This document shows positions 46,545 through 59,400 of a stretch of 64,000 bases of DNA, one piece after another. Source of the stretch: Raillietiella orientalis (lineage: Eukaryota); NCBI GenBank assembly GCA_036172245.1, contig JAYWIR010000020.1, forward strand, positions 2,108,001-2,172,000. The letters are read 5' to 3'. Positions within the stretch are counted from its first letter, which is position 1; every line of letters starts with the position of its first letter. A model generated the notes under the pieces. It saw only the letters and a program-made list of their open reading frames with translations, was not told the origin of the DNA and ran no database searches. The translations under genes and the position numbers were made by a program.

Positions 46545-47145
46545 AGCACATGCGCCTCTAATTAATTCGTATCCTTAAATTAAATAATTTGTAAACTTAT
46601 CGCCGTTTTTTCTGATGGGTCATCCATTGTGCGATTAAACGAAGGGCCGACGTCGTAATTACCTGACTATTAGCGTCTTCTGCGCATGCGCGGGGAGGGG
46701 GAGGGGAAACGGTCACGCCAACCCTTGTTCGGCCAATTTCGTGTGCGTTCCACGCGGGCCGCGGGGAGGGAGCGCGCACGGCCCCGTGCGCTATGCCGAA
46801 GAGCGCTTTCCCGAACCGGCCTTTTCGGGCTTCGGGGATCTTCCCCTCCTGCGATTTCGTCATCGAAAGTCCTGGTGCTTCGCCCGTCTGACTCCTGGTG
46901 CAGGGATCTCCGCGTGCAGCCGGATACGCGCGCAGGGCGAGCGGCACTCTGGCTTTGGAACCACCTCCTGGGTCCTGCTGCGTTGGTTTCGTCTAATGGT
47001 CTCTCCAGCATCCAAGTTATGCATCACGCGAACATCACAAGGACCAAAAGTCGGAAGGTAGCCGTAATGTGAATTTATGATGCCGCAATAAATCCATTTG
47101 CGCCATTACATGCAAAATAAGGCGCATTCGATTAGACCATAAACA
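46545..47145. promoter_or_regulatory. Candidate Msx enhancer: AT-rich blocks dense in homeodomain sites
   Basis: CTAATTAATT, AATTAAATAAT, GATTAA and GTAATTAC (46557-46662); TGAATTTATG, CAATAAA, CCATTA and CATAAA (47065-47145), embedded in GC-rich unique sequence. Confidence 0.35.
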
Positions 47146-48766
47146 TCGGTACAGCGGCGGAGATACTTCGAATATCTGGAAAACCAAAGGCGCTTCGTCC
47201 CGTGGAGCCTTTTCGCTCTTTTCCTCGCTGCCGGAGCGGCCTTTCGCGCCGGATGATTTGTTTCGGGAGAGGCCGAGGAGGAAGGCGGGCTTGGTGAACA
47301 GGAGAGGTGCATACCACGCAAGCTCGCCTCGAAGAAGAAGTCCCGACACCGAGGTGCGGGCTGACGTCTTGGAATGACAGGGAAACACGCACACATACAC
47401 ACACACACACAAAAATCACGACTTTCGTTGCGCGCATCCCTGTTTACGAGAAGGTGCGTGCGGCAGGTTGCGAGGAGGGCGAAGGCAGCGAAGAAGTCAT
47501 CGCCGCCGTGTAATCATCACAGACTCGCGACTCGTTTTCATAATCATGTAAAACGCACGGCTGGAAGGTGTCTTTCATGATCGCTTTTTGACCCCGCCGG
47601 AACAGAGTTGTTGCGTGAGCGAGCGCGGAAGAGACAGAAGGACAAAGGAGAGCTGTCGGAAAATCCCGAGAGCGCTCGAACGGAATCAGAGCACAGCTTC
47701 GATCAGCATCCGAAAGTGGCGAAAATAAACAGATGAAGGAAAATTCGTCCACAGAGGATGTTTTCCCGCAACCCTTGATAGGTCGGTCCACTGCCACGCG
47801 TTTTCTCTCGAACGGAGTTTCCTTCCGTGGAAAACACACACAAAATCTCCTCCCACTTGCGTTCCTTTTCTTTTTTCCCTCTCCTTTCTTTCCTTTTTTG
47901 CCCTCGGAAGGCGCAAAGATCGATGGCCGTGCATCGAAAAAATCCTGGAATCGGCAACACGTGAGGCGATCTGATTTAGTACGTGTGCTCGGTTGACAAA
48001 TGAAGCTTTCAGAGGCGCTATCGCCCAGATCAATTAATTCAAATCGATACCGTGTACGCAATTTTTGGAAGATTGATAGGGGCCTGGCATTGCGGCGGAA
48101 AGAGACGAGGAAAGGTTGCGCCGGCCAGCTGGCCTGCTCCTTCTTCCCCCCGCCTGAGCGGTCGTCCGTTGCTATCGCCTCCCCCCAGGTTCGGATCGAC
48201 TCTTTCTTCCCGAGGGCGCCTCGCGCTCTTCTGGAACCTCTCTCATTCTGTCCTGCAGAGGCTCTGATCCGGGCACCGGGTCAGGTGGCTTCCTCCTACC
48301 CGACCGTGAGGACCGAGACCACGAGACCTCGGAGGAAGCGCTCCATGCAACCTCACCTGTTCGCTGCTGACCCGCGCACGTGCCGGGAGAAAATCTCTCC
48401 CGTTGGTGTGTGTGTCCGAGACACTGAAGTCGCCATTCCGTGTTCTCCGGCACCGCGCTCGCTTCTTTCTGCCTCCGCGGTGCGTTGGTGCCGATGTTTC
48501 GCAAGTTTCAGAAACGACGCGGCGAATCGGACAGGAAAACCTGTGCGGAATTCCCTTCCCATCCCCCCCCCCCCACTCTCTCCCTACGCATCCTTGAAAT
48601 ATCTTTCCGAAGTGAAAGTTTCCCTGCAAAAACTCCCTTTCTTTCCCTCTCCTCCAGGAAGGAATATGTACATATAAAGTCCATATTTTTTTTTTTAATT
48701 CTCTTTCCTTTCTGACTTCTTCATTTGTGGTTGCAAGCGGAAAAAATTTCGGGGGTGCTTCCAAGC

Positions 48767-48913
48767 AGTTATGGAAACAACTGCTTCCCCTATTAACAAT
48801 CGTAGTTATGGAAACAACTGCTTTCCCTATTAACAATCGTAGTTATGGAAACAACTGCTTTCCCTATTAACAATCGTAGTTATGGAAACAACTGCTTTCC
48901 CTATTAACAATCG
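48767..48913. repeat. Minisatellite, 4 x 37 bp (AGTTATGGAAACAACTGCTTTCCCTATTAACAATCGT)
   Basis: Units start at 48767, 48804, 48841 and 48878; one internal mismatch in unit 1; no spacers. Confidence 0.97.
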
Positions 48914-50264
48914 CAGAAAGAAGCCGCATGGTGGAATTTATGACGGACGATGAAGATTCCCGCGTACGGAAGAGAGGCAGAGGAAAAAAAAATAAAAATA
49001 AAAACAAATTGCTTGGAAAGTTTCTTATCCGTCAAACGCGCGTCATCCTGAATTTGTCCCCGGCTTTTACCATTCGCCATCCTCCTAATCAGGGTCCTAC
49101 AAGAAGGGAGGGGGGACCTACAGGTCGTCCCGGCTCGGAGAGAGACGGCATTCCTCGCTCACATCAAAGGCGAGTTGTTAACTCCGACCGACAATGATGG
49201 CTCGCATTTCGCTAATCCCCTTAACGCGATAGCGCGTCGTCCTCGACCGGCGCACACAACAGTTGGAATATTGAAAAAGGATTATCCCTCCTGCTCAATG
49301 CGATTCCAAGTGGATCCCTGCCGCTCAAATAAAAGTGCACAATCGACGTCAAGTGAACATCTGAAATCGATTCTGTCTTTGTGTGCAACTTTGTTAGAGG
49401 AGATAATGGGACGTAACATTTTTCGGTTTCCCCGCCGTGTCAACAGCCTTTTACAAGCAAATCTCGGGCTGCTTTTTCTGCGCCGTTGCCAACGCATGAA
49501 GATTATTCATGGGATTTTCGGAAAAGAGCAACAATAACTCGATGATTGCCATCTTATTGGACACTAAATGAAAGATCACCAACTCTGAATGGGAACCCAC
49601 TTTTTTTTCCTTCCTCTCTCTCGTGGAAGGAAGAAGGGAGAGCGGAGAAAAAAAGGAAAAAAAAAAAAAAAAGGAAAAAAAAAGATGCAGGGGGAACGCT
49701 TGCGAGTGATTTGCGAATCGCAAGAACACGCACTCCAGGGCTCCTTGGTGCGCGCTGCCATCGCGGACGCACGGTCATTACCAGTGTGTTCCAGGTTGGG
49801 TTTCACCCGATGTCGGTTCCATGATTCCGTGCTGTCTGTTTCTGCCGATGCGGGCAGGGTTTGGCCGGCCCAAGGAACCGGATCGCCCTACCCTCTTCTT
49901 GAATTTTTTTTTTCGCGAAGCGTTTGCCAGAGTGGTGGGCGCATGGGTTTGGCGCGGCGGCGGCGCTGTCCGCCGGCATGAGAGCCGCGGGCACGCCGAG
50001 GGATTTGTGAAACCGGAACCCTCGCTGCTGGGCGGCGCCGCCTCCTACCTAGGAAAGGGCGCCCACGATTCGGGTGGTAACCCTGCACGAAGATCGTCAT
50101 CATAAAGCAAGGGAAACGACACCGAGCGCTGTTCCGGGAGAGACACGTTTCTTTGGATACCGTGCGTGTTGACCTTTCCGTTGTCCTTTCTCGTCAGGTT
50201 AAAGAACATTTCTTGATGGAGGGGGGAGGAGATCCCGTGGACTTCGGCTCCCTTTGAGACCCTA

Positions 50265-51360
50265 TGGCAGCACTGACATCTGATGGTGGCGGTGGTTTGT
50301 TCGACACCTCGCGAGGATGGCAGGAAATGTGGTGTTTCGAACGGGAACATCGGCGGTGTCTCCTGCACGCTTACCGACACAACCAGACGAGTTTAACCTG
50401 GAAAACACTGCTTCTCGAAAGAGGAAGAGTGTCCAGCAGACAGAAAAAAGTACTGGCTGGAGCACGCATCCTTTGTTACACGGAGAAGGAATCGAGAACA
50501 AAAAGAAAACGGAAAATTTCTTCTTCTTCTTCTTCTTCGGCGTGTTTTCTGCAGCCCTCTGTCCCTCCAATCGTTTTCAGTTGCTCATCCTGATGCGCGA
50601 GGTCACGATCTGATTTGCCATTGATCGCAAAATAATTTAAGCCTCATGGAAGCTGCGTTTTGAGGAAGGAAACATCCATAAGGCCGGGACTTTCGGTCAA
50701 CAAATGGCTCTCCAACTTATCTGGCGGCAAAGCGGAGAAAACCAAAAACGAAACGAAACAACAAAAAAAAAACTCTCGCTCATCCGAAGAACACCAAAAT
50801 TTCGCTCAGATTCCTCCTCTGCGAGCATTCCACGCATCCAAGCCTGCATGCGTGCATCTTATCGATTAAAGAGACACGCACGATGCGCAGGATTCATAAA
50901 TCTCGCAACCTTTGCATCACGTCTCTCTTCCGAGGTGGGGAGGACGGCGCACGTTTTGCTGACGTTTGTTCCACCGTCCCCGTGCGACACTCCCGAATTG
51001 TGCGCGTCGCGCAGCAGCAGCATCAGCAGTCGCTGGATGTTTTCGGACGCTCTTCCCAGAGAGCCGATCCTCATTTGCAGGATGTATTGTCACCTTCTGC
51101 GCTTACGGCGGGCAAAGAGGACCGGCGGCGACCTCTGCTTGCGTCCATGGAAACGATCCACGTGCGGCGGGGGACGGGGGAGGGGAGGGGAAGGATTTTG
51201 CTTTCGCGCCGCACGCGCGAGATTCCTTGCGCGATTTCGTTGTGCGAAGCGATCTGCGTGGGAACGCGCGGCAGCCCTGGCATCTGATGGTAGCCTGACA
51301 GCGATCTGTGGTGGTGGCGGCGGTGGTTTGTGCGACACCTCCTCACGAGGATGGTGGTCG
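50265..51360 (+). repeat. Dispersed ~70-90 bp direct repeat pair (50265-50335 and 51270-51357)
   Basis: GGCAGC.CTG.CATCTGATGGT..GGCGGTGGTTTGT.CGACACCTC..CGAGGATGG occurs in both copies. Confidence 0.75.
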
Positions 51361-53149
51361 CGGCGTTTTTAAACCAGGACCATGCGGGGCGGAGTTCGAA
51401 TAAACGGCGGTTCCCGGTTTTCCACACGATCTACGGGCGGAAAGGTCATCTGGACGCATTCCCCTGAGAGCATTCAAGTGGCAAGGAGACCACCCTCGAA
51501 ACAACAGAATCGCTTCTTCCAAGAGGGGATCCACCACAATTATGGACAATTAAGCTACGGCGCTTAATGTCCGAGGAATGTCTCCGGTCTCAAAGGGAGC
51601 TGAAAGAGTTGAGAACCTCCTCCGGGCGATAACTTTCCGAAGGTAAACTCACACACCCGGGTGAACTTAAATCGTATAACTTGAAATCGAAGCCCGCGAG
51701 ACGAAGCATCTGATACGAAGAGGAGTCAAGCATCCGGGAAATCGCTTCCGCGTCCTTCGGAGACGATCGAAGTGTAGCAGCAGCGGCAGCAGCAGCAGCA
51801 GCGAGTCCAGGAAGATTCCGCTTCTTGGTAGACGGGACCGTCTGAACGTGTGCTTGCGTGCGTGCATGCGTACGTTCTCCTCTGGTCTGCTCGAGGCAGC
51901 AGCACCTGTCTCGAGCAGAGGCGAGAGGTCGAGGGGTGGGGTGGGACCAGAGAGGGACTCCAGCGCAGCCGGGGGACTGCTTTTTCGTTCCAAGGGAGCA
52001 GCAGGAAGAGGGCGTTGCGGCCCTGCACGTTCTGGCAGCTCCGCCGGTTCCAGGAATCGCTCGCAGCGTGGCAGTTTGATTATACGGTGCTCAGGTCCGA
52101 CACATGTCATATCCGAGCGCTCCGGCGGATGCTGGGGTGCAGCTCGGAATAAGACGAAAATAAAGATGGATCACTTCTTGCTCCATTCGCGTTATTCAAG
52201 TTTTTATTTTTTATTTTTTTTTGTCGTCCATGCTTGCGCGCGAGCACGCACGCACGGCGGGCGCGCACTTTTGCAAGAGGAGCTGCAAATCAAACGGTCG
52301 GACGTAATTTCGAATTGGCGCGGCGCGGGCGGTAGGTGCCACTTTATCGATTTTTGAAACCACAGGCGCGCGATGGATGGATGAAGGAGAGGAAAACGGA
52401 CGGATTTCGCTCGAGAGAGAGCGCGAAAGGCGGAGCAGCAGCTTCCGTTTCCCTCGGCGTCCAGCGAACCGCCGTTCTGCTGGTCCCGTTCGTCTTTCTG
52501 GTCCGGAGGACCAATACGAGTCGCAGGCAGCGACGTCCGCAGGCGCGGGTTCTTCCTGTGTCGGAGCAGCCGAGGATCCTTCTGCGATCTCCGGAGGCGA
52601 GGGACTCGGGGCCTCCTTCCGCTGCGTGGGTCGACCGAGCTCAAGCGGGCCCAGGACAGCTCTGCTCGAAAGGGCCGGGTGACCGCTGGAAGGCGCCGCG
52701 GGCGGTTGCTCGTTTCCGGACGGAGAGCGAAAGCGACGTCGACCGTCATTAATTAGCCGGGAATCGGCTTCGGATGACCTCGGACGCGGTCGGTGGGCAG
52801 GCCTCTTTCGGACGCGCGGATCGAACAGGTACATCGTTCTTCCTCCTCCCTCGCCTCCGTTCCCTTTTCCACCTGACTCCTGTTTGGTGTTCTGCATTCC
52901 AGTGTACGGAGCTGCGTTCGGGCGGAATGAAACGTCGGTCGTTCCTCAGGAAACACAGACGAATTCGGGGGTCGCGCGAAAGGGCGAAACCGCGGATTTG
53001 GCGTGAGTGCGTGCTTTCGCGCGCCCGCTTCGCTCGTCCCTTCGTCGGGTCCCGTCACATGTAGGATGTCGATGTCCCCACCCCCTCCCTCCCAGATTGT
53101 GGACTGGTAGATCCGAACTTATTATCAATATGAGTCTTCCTTTAAGCCC

Positions 53150-53730
53150 GTGTTGGAGGCCGCATGCCCACCGTCTTCGCGCGCCGTACCGAGAGTCATG
53201 GGTTCGTAATCCCTCCCGGGTAAGGATCGACGCCGAGAAATAGGGGATGCGTAGTGGCTTTTGAGCCCTCCTTCCCCCTCAGGATGACGCTGGCTGTACT
53301 CCATTCAGGTAGGGCATGGGTGGAAGCCGCAAACCGGATGTCTGGCGGTTGACTGGGGCCGGGATTGGAAGCTGACTCTACGGTGCGCTTCCAGGAATAC
53401 GAGGAGCCATTCGGGGTTTCTCCTCCGGTTGTGCAGATGAAAGCCGCCTCGTATCATGGAGCTGATGATGTTCTCTCCAGAGTGTCAAGAAGTGCACTGC
53501 TCCCTTCGGGAGAGACTCTTCGGAGAAAATTGGGAAGCGTCTCTTCAGAGGTGGAAGAGGTTCCCCTTAGGGGACAACCAGGGAGAAAACTTCGTCATTC
53601 CCTACCAAGCGCAAGAAGAACGAACTCCTTCCTCCAGAGAGCCTTCCTGGATTCATAGGGTTTACCCCCCCTGTAACTTGAAGATTTGCGTTCCCCCTCT
53701 GATGGGTCGGGGATAGTGTTGAAAAGAACA
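53150..53730 (+). mobile_element. tRNA-derived SINE family, copy F (near full length)
   Basis: GGGTTCGTAATCCC (B box with 1-nt insertion), then GGATCGACGCCGAGAAATAGGGGATGCG and CAGGATGACGCTGG, then a tail matching copies D and E. Confidence 0.7.
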
Positions 53731-56700
53731 CAAAAGACACAGGAACTCCTCCTTCGAAGGGATCATCCCATCATCTCAGGCGTTCTGATGCCTTCAAGTC
53801 CCAAATGGGGGGTATTTGCTTCGTCGGAAGTGGTCGAACGGGAAGGGATGGCGCGCTCCTGGAGCAGCGGAAGCGCGACGGCGAACGGGGCGCAGGCGGC
53901 GGAGGCGACGACTCGTCTCTGCGCGGAGCGTGCAGTGGCGTCGGGGACTGCAATCACAATGTAATGTACAGTGGGTCGTATATTTTTCTCCCCGCCTTGC
54001 CGATTGCCAGCATCAGTTTTATGCATGTTTATCTTCTCCGGGAGCTTCGTCTCCTTGGATACCCACCATCACTGGCAAAACATTTTTTTTCTCCCCCCTT
54101 CCTCTTAATCCATTTTCAAAGGTTATTGAGACATCTGTGTTTGTGCGTGTGAGGAAAACCAAATTCCACGCGAGGGAAGGAGTTGTCCCTCTTTTCATCT
54201 TTCTTCAACAGCACCATTAAGATACTATAAATACACTTATAATTTCCCTCGCAAGTCAGCATCTTCCCTCCCCCTCCCCCGTCCGAGCTGCTTATTCGAG
54301 AATTCTTTTCCTAATCATCAAATAAATAAGGGTCCGGTAGCCTGCCTCGGTAGGATCGCCGATGACCAGGGCATCTGGGAAGGAGGGAAAAACAATCCAA
54401 TCGAATCATTTTCGCCGTTAATAAAAAAGAAGATGAATGGAGGAGGCTCCGAACGCTTGGGAACTTCGATTTCGATACCTCAGAACATTCGGGAAAACAT
54501 GGCTTTTAAATCAGGCGCGGACGCTGCTGGCGAGAGGAAGAAAGCCGCCCGCTCCTCTCCCTCGACAGGAAACCGCGGGCCGCGTGCTCCTGGAGCTCCT
54601 CGGCGTTCCTGGAAGGGGAACGCGTACGGAAATCGCCACCTGAACCACCCGCCGACCTTCCTCCCTCTGCGACAACCCCCTGCCGATTACCAGGGCATGA
54701 GAGGCAGCCCCGCGGACCGTGGGAGTCGTCCCTCCTCACCACGAATCGAAGGTGGGACGCGGGTCCTTGGTTGTCCTCCGCCTCCTACCCCTTCCCAAAA
54801 CTGGAAGACCTCCCGCGAGCATTAAGGGTCCTCGAAGGGGCAAACGACAGACGACATCGGTCTCCCCCCTAGTCCAACTCGCGGTGGGATGAATTTATTT
54901 AACCACTTTAGGTTACAGCAGCACAGCAGCCGCCCATCTCTTGGGTCTCTTGCAGGCACGCGATGTCCTCGCGCACGATGGTGAGCGCGATCCTTGTTCT
55001 CTCCTCCTGGTTCCACCTGCCGTTCACGCTCCTCCCTTCCCTGCTCAGCGGACGTCCTGGGACGCGGGTTGCCGAAAATCTCCTTCATTTTCTCATCTTC
55101 TCTTTGCGCCTTGCCGGTTGGCACGCGTCCTGGCAACAGCGTAGATCTGCTCTGGGCTAATCATGGATGCCGCCACCTGCCCCAATTGCTCGGCCCGTAC
55201 CGTCGCCAGCAGCTCGCGTTCACCGCGGCGATCGGGCGCCAGCGCTCATTTCCCTCAGGCCTCCTCCCGCACCCTTGCTGATCGGAACGAAGCGGGAACG
55301 CCGCCTGCATCCCGAATCAGCGAGGAAGCGATCTGATCCTTTTCCTGGCGGAAAAAACAGGAAGGAAGCCACGGGGAATCACCTCTTCCTTCTTGATGCT
55401 CCTGTCTTCTTCTGCTCGGGAGATTCCGTTGGCCTCCTCGCAGTGGAAGAGACCACCTCCGTTTCGACCTGCACGTGGTCCGTGATGTCTTCTGTTGAGT
55501 GCGCTCCCCGGCACGCCTTTGGCCTTCACCTGGTTGAGGATGTCTACCGCGTGGGACTTTCACGAGGTCGCTCACGACCTTGGAGAGGACTTCTTCCCGA
55601 AGAGAGGGGACGCGGAGCGGGATTCTCTTCCGCCTCTCTTCCATGTCTTCTGGGAGGATGGCCTCAATCAGGATGGCTGCTGCCTCTTCGTCCAGCCCAT
55701 CGCCTCTTGCTTTCCCACCTCCGCCAAGCCCAATTCCTCCGGCACTGCTGGAGGGAGGGCAAGAGGAGGAAGCGCTCTCCGTCCGCGTCCTTCCTTTTCT
55801 TTTCTTCCTTCTTTTTGAATTGCGTGAAGCCCGCGGCAAGCGCCAGCGCTGGGGGCTCCACTCCGCCTTCCTGTTCCTCGCTCTGCGCTGCAGGGAGCCG
55901 GGGGCAGACCCTGGGCCTGGAGCCACTTCGAGGAACCTCGGACATTCTCTCTCTTGATGTGCCGGATATCAGTGTCTGACACGCGTGCGCACACGCTCAC
56001 GGCCGCAGGTCACAGGCAGCCTCCTCGTCCTCCGTCCGGAATTTCATTCGCCGGCGCCGCGGTTCGGCTGCCTGGACCCAGAAAGGGAACGTTGGCATCG
56101 AGGAAAGGAAGAGCAGGGGGTTCCGGGATCGTTCGGAGAACCGTGGGATCGCCTCTCCTCACCACTAATCGGAGTTGAACGAGGATCCTTGGCTGGGAGA
56201 TCTTCCTCGAGCATCGAGGGTTCTTGAAGGCGCGAACGACAGACGATATCAGTGTCTGCATGCGCGCCGATCACGGCTTTGCTCTTCTCTCTCTGCAGCA
56301 TCGATCCGGCTGATTCCCAGCCCATCCCACCCGCGAAGGTAGATTCCTCTTCTTTTCTCGAGACCGATCCCCGCGACCCGAAGAAGGCGAGCCCAAGGAG
56401 CGGTTATCACCATTTGTCCATCATCTTCCAAGTATGAAGAGAAGATGGGAGCTCATCTCGGGCGGACTAATTGTCATAATGGTGAAGCAATTCGTTCCCG
56501 GAAGATGCGAAGACAAAAGGGGAGGAGGGAGGGGGGGAGGAAAGGAGCCGCGCGTGTGTTGATTTCATCCCCCTCGGAAGCGCTGCCATTGGCAGGGGCC
56601 GGGGGTATCTGCGGCGTTTTTGCCCGACGCGCAAATCCCGAAAGGATCACAAAACGCGGAATACATTATTTATTTAATCGATCATTCCCGGCGGCGGATG

Positions 56701-58299
56701 AATCTCCCGCTGCTATCTGAGGCTCTTAGACTGGATTCCCATAAATCTTCCGTATCTGCTGACTCGATCGTATTGACTGCGTGCTGAGTAGCCGCTTATC
56801 TCCCTCATTGTTCGGAAAATGAACAGCGAAACTTCGTTTGCTTAATGATCCAGCTAAAAGATGGGGTCATTGAATGTGTGGGTCACAAAAACCGAGATTT
56901 AATGGGGGTGCCCGTGCGCGGGGCGGCTCGGGTGTTTCGAATCCGTGGATCCCGGCTCTTCCCCTCTTCCTCCCTCCCTCCCTCCCTCCTCCTCCTTCTT
57001 TCCTTTCCTTTCTTTCTTTCTCGCATCCCTGGTGCTCCCGGCTCGGATCAACAGGCCGCTCCTGCGTCCGCAGCTTTTTCCTTCTGTGGCATACGAAGTG
57101 CACGCGCGCGAGTACGCGACCCGGGTGATGCCGTGGCTGATCGGTTTCGCCAGGTGCTCGGAGAGCGAGGGGGGGGGCCTCCCCCCGCCGAACGCGAGCG
57201 GGTGGTCCCCCCCCCCCCCTTCTGTGTGATTTCTCAATTCGCGATTCCCGATCTTTTTTTTTTCCGACCAACAACCGACGTGCGACTCAGGGAGAGGAAA
57301 AGACTTGGCTTTTTTTTTTCGAGAATGCCCGAACGGGAACGGAACGGGCCAAGGGCTTCGATCCTTTCATCTGGAGATATCTCTCGGAGTGAGCGCATGC
57401 TGCAGAAGGATCAATCACGGCGATAAACCGCGTGCTCTCGGATTGGTCCACTGCCGTTCGCTTGCCGGCATTCATTTTCTTCCAGCATCAATCTCGCAGA
57501 TCGAGACGCTTCAAGAAGTTTCCGGGAGTTGCCCAACGTCTGAGAAAGCCTCGACGGGCAAAATAAAAAAATAAAATAAAAATAAAAACATAAAAATAAA
57601 ATGCGGAGCGCGTGTTGCCCCCGGTTCCTCCCGCTCGCAGCAGCAGCAGCAGCAGCAGCCCTTCCAGGAGAGCGAAGCAGCCGCTCTAGAAGTCCGCAGA
57701 TTCTGGTTTATGTTCGGCGGGGACGGTCCCACCACCACCACCACCCTTTTCCTCGGTCCTCCATCTCTACGGAGGGGAACATCCCTTCCCCTCCCTTTCT
57801 AGAACCTTCTTCCCAACGGTTTCCCTCCCGTTCCGTGCGTGGCGGCCGCGGCGCGCCGACGACGCCAAAGTCGCCCACGGAGGCGCGCGAGGAAGCCACT
57901 CTGGAAAGGGGGGCGCCCCTCGTTTTCTGCTTTCTCTTTCCCGAGGATCCGAGGGAACGCATTTTTCTTTCTTAACAATCCTGCTCCTTTATGCCCATCT
58001 GTGGAGATAAATGGTTCTTCGTCATTAGTGGACCCGTGACGTCGACCGGATGAAACAATAGCGCGAGGAAAAATATTTGGGCCTCGTTTTCCAGCAGCCC
58101 ATCAGCTGGCTCTGACGGGGTCGCTCCTCGGAAGGAGGCGGAAGGACTGCTGTCACCAAGACCTTTCCCTCGCCAGCCTCCTCGCACCGACAAAGTGCTC
58201 TCGGATGTCAAACGGTGAAGAAGCAAGCAGTTAGGGAGGAGGGAGAGGAATTCCGGAACGAATTCCGAACAGTTATTTTTAACGATCCTCTCTCCCGGG

Positions 58300-59400
58300 T
58301 CCCGAGAGTCAGGGATGCGTATCTCTGTGTACGCGTTGTGGACAGGTGACGGCGACGGTTCGGGGAGGCCGCCTATCCTGTCGTTGGCCTGCGGTCGAGG
58401 CCGACCAAGCTCGAAGGCACCGTTTCGTCACCTCTGAAGCTCGAGGTACCCGCCTGACAGTGGCGGGAAGTCCCGGAGGAGTCCGGCGGGACTTCTCGAA
58501 ACTGTTTGGAAAGGAAAAGGAGGAAGAAGGAGGGATTCCTAAAGGAAGGTGGAAGTGAGCTGACTGCGACTCGAGGAAGACGCGGCTCCAGCCGAAAAGG
58601 CCAGTGAAGGATGCCTTAGCGAGAGCGGGGAAACCCCCCTGGATACCCGCGGCCAAGAAGACGCGCTGCTTTCGGAGGACGGGCGACCAGCCACCCGAGG
58701 TCTACGACCTCTTCGGGTCGCGACGCCGGGGGGTTTCAGAAGGCAGCGACTCGGGCGGAGAAAGTGGGGAAGGAAGCCGCATCTTCCAGCTGAGCACGGG
58801 AAGGAAGGGAAGAGGAAGGGGAATTGCAGGAGCGCCAGATTGGCGCCGGGGACTCCGGTTTGAGGAGGACCACGGGAGCTGGCGGCCGATCGCGGGGGCT
58901 GCAACGGTCGAGAAAAGTGCGCAGACTTTCCGGACAGGGATTTTTCCAGGGTGGATGGACTCGTCCAACACGGGCGCCAAGGAAACTCGCGCGGCACCTC
59001 CAGACCAGAAGACCCGCGGGGTTTTTCCTCCGGGCCCCGGCAGACGAAGCGTCCTTCAGCCGTGGTCGGCAGGACGGATGGGAGGGTACGCACGGACTGC
59101 CCGCCGTGCCTCGCAGACAGACGCGGAAAACTCCTTTACTATCCCTCCTCCCCCCCCCCTTTGACCCTGCAGGAGTCCTCCAGAGGATGGTCGCAGAGAC
59201 TGCAAGACCCTGCGTGCGAGACGACTCTGCGACCTGTGGAACGGCCCGCTGGGGAAATTGTTCAGGAACGTCTTTCCTCCGGACCCAGGTGCAGGTCGAG
59301 AGAACCGGGACACCTCTCGGGAGCAAAAAGGACCCGCGGAGCGACCGAGAGGAGCTCTCCAAGCGCCTCCGGCCGCGTAGCTCTGCAACGGGGAAGGAGA
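58300..59400 (-). mobile_element. Decayed Ty3/Gypsy RNaseH-integrase relic
   Basis: ADHG, IHPGK..FSR, SAHFHLP (shares GAAGTGAGCTGACT with about 22514) and AFE/LVGLD remnants. Confidence 0.5.

Noticed and set aside
48767..48913. CRISPR array (37-bp repeat of CRISPR-like length)
   Set aside because: The units are head-to-tail with no spacers, there are no cas genes, and the context is eukaryotic.
55255..55926. Possible gag-like or host ORF (LDEEAAAILIEAILPED..)
   Set aside because: It looks helical but has no diagnostic motif or gene signals; insufficient evidence without a search.
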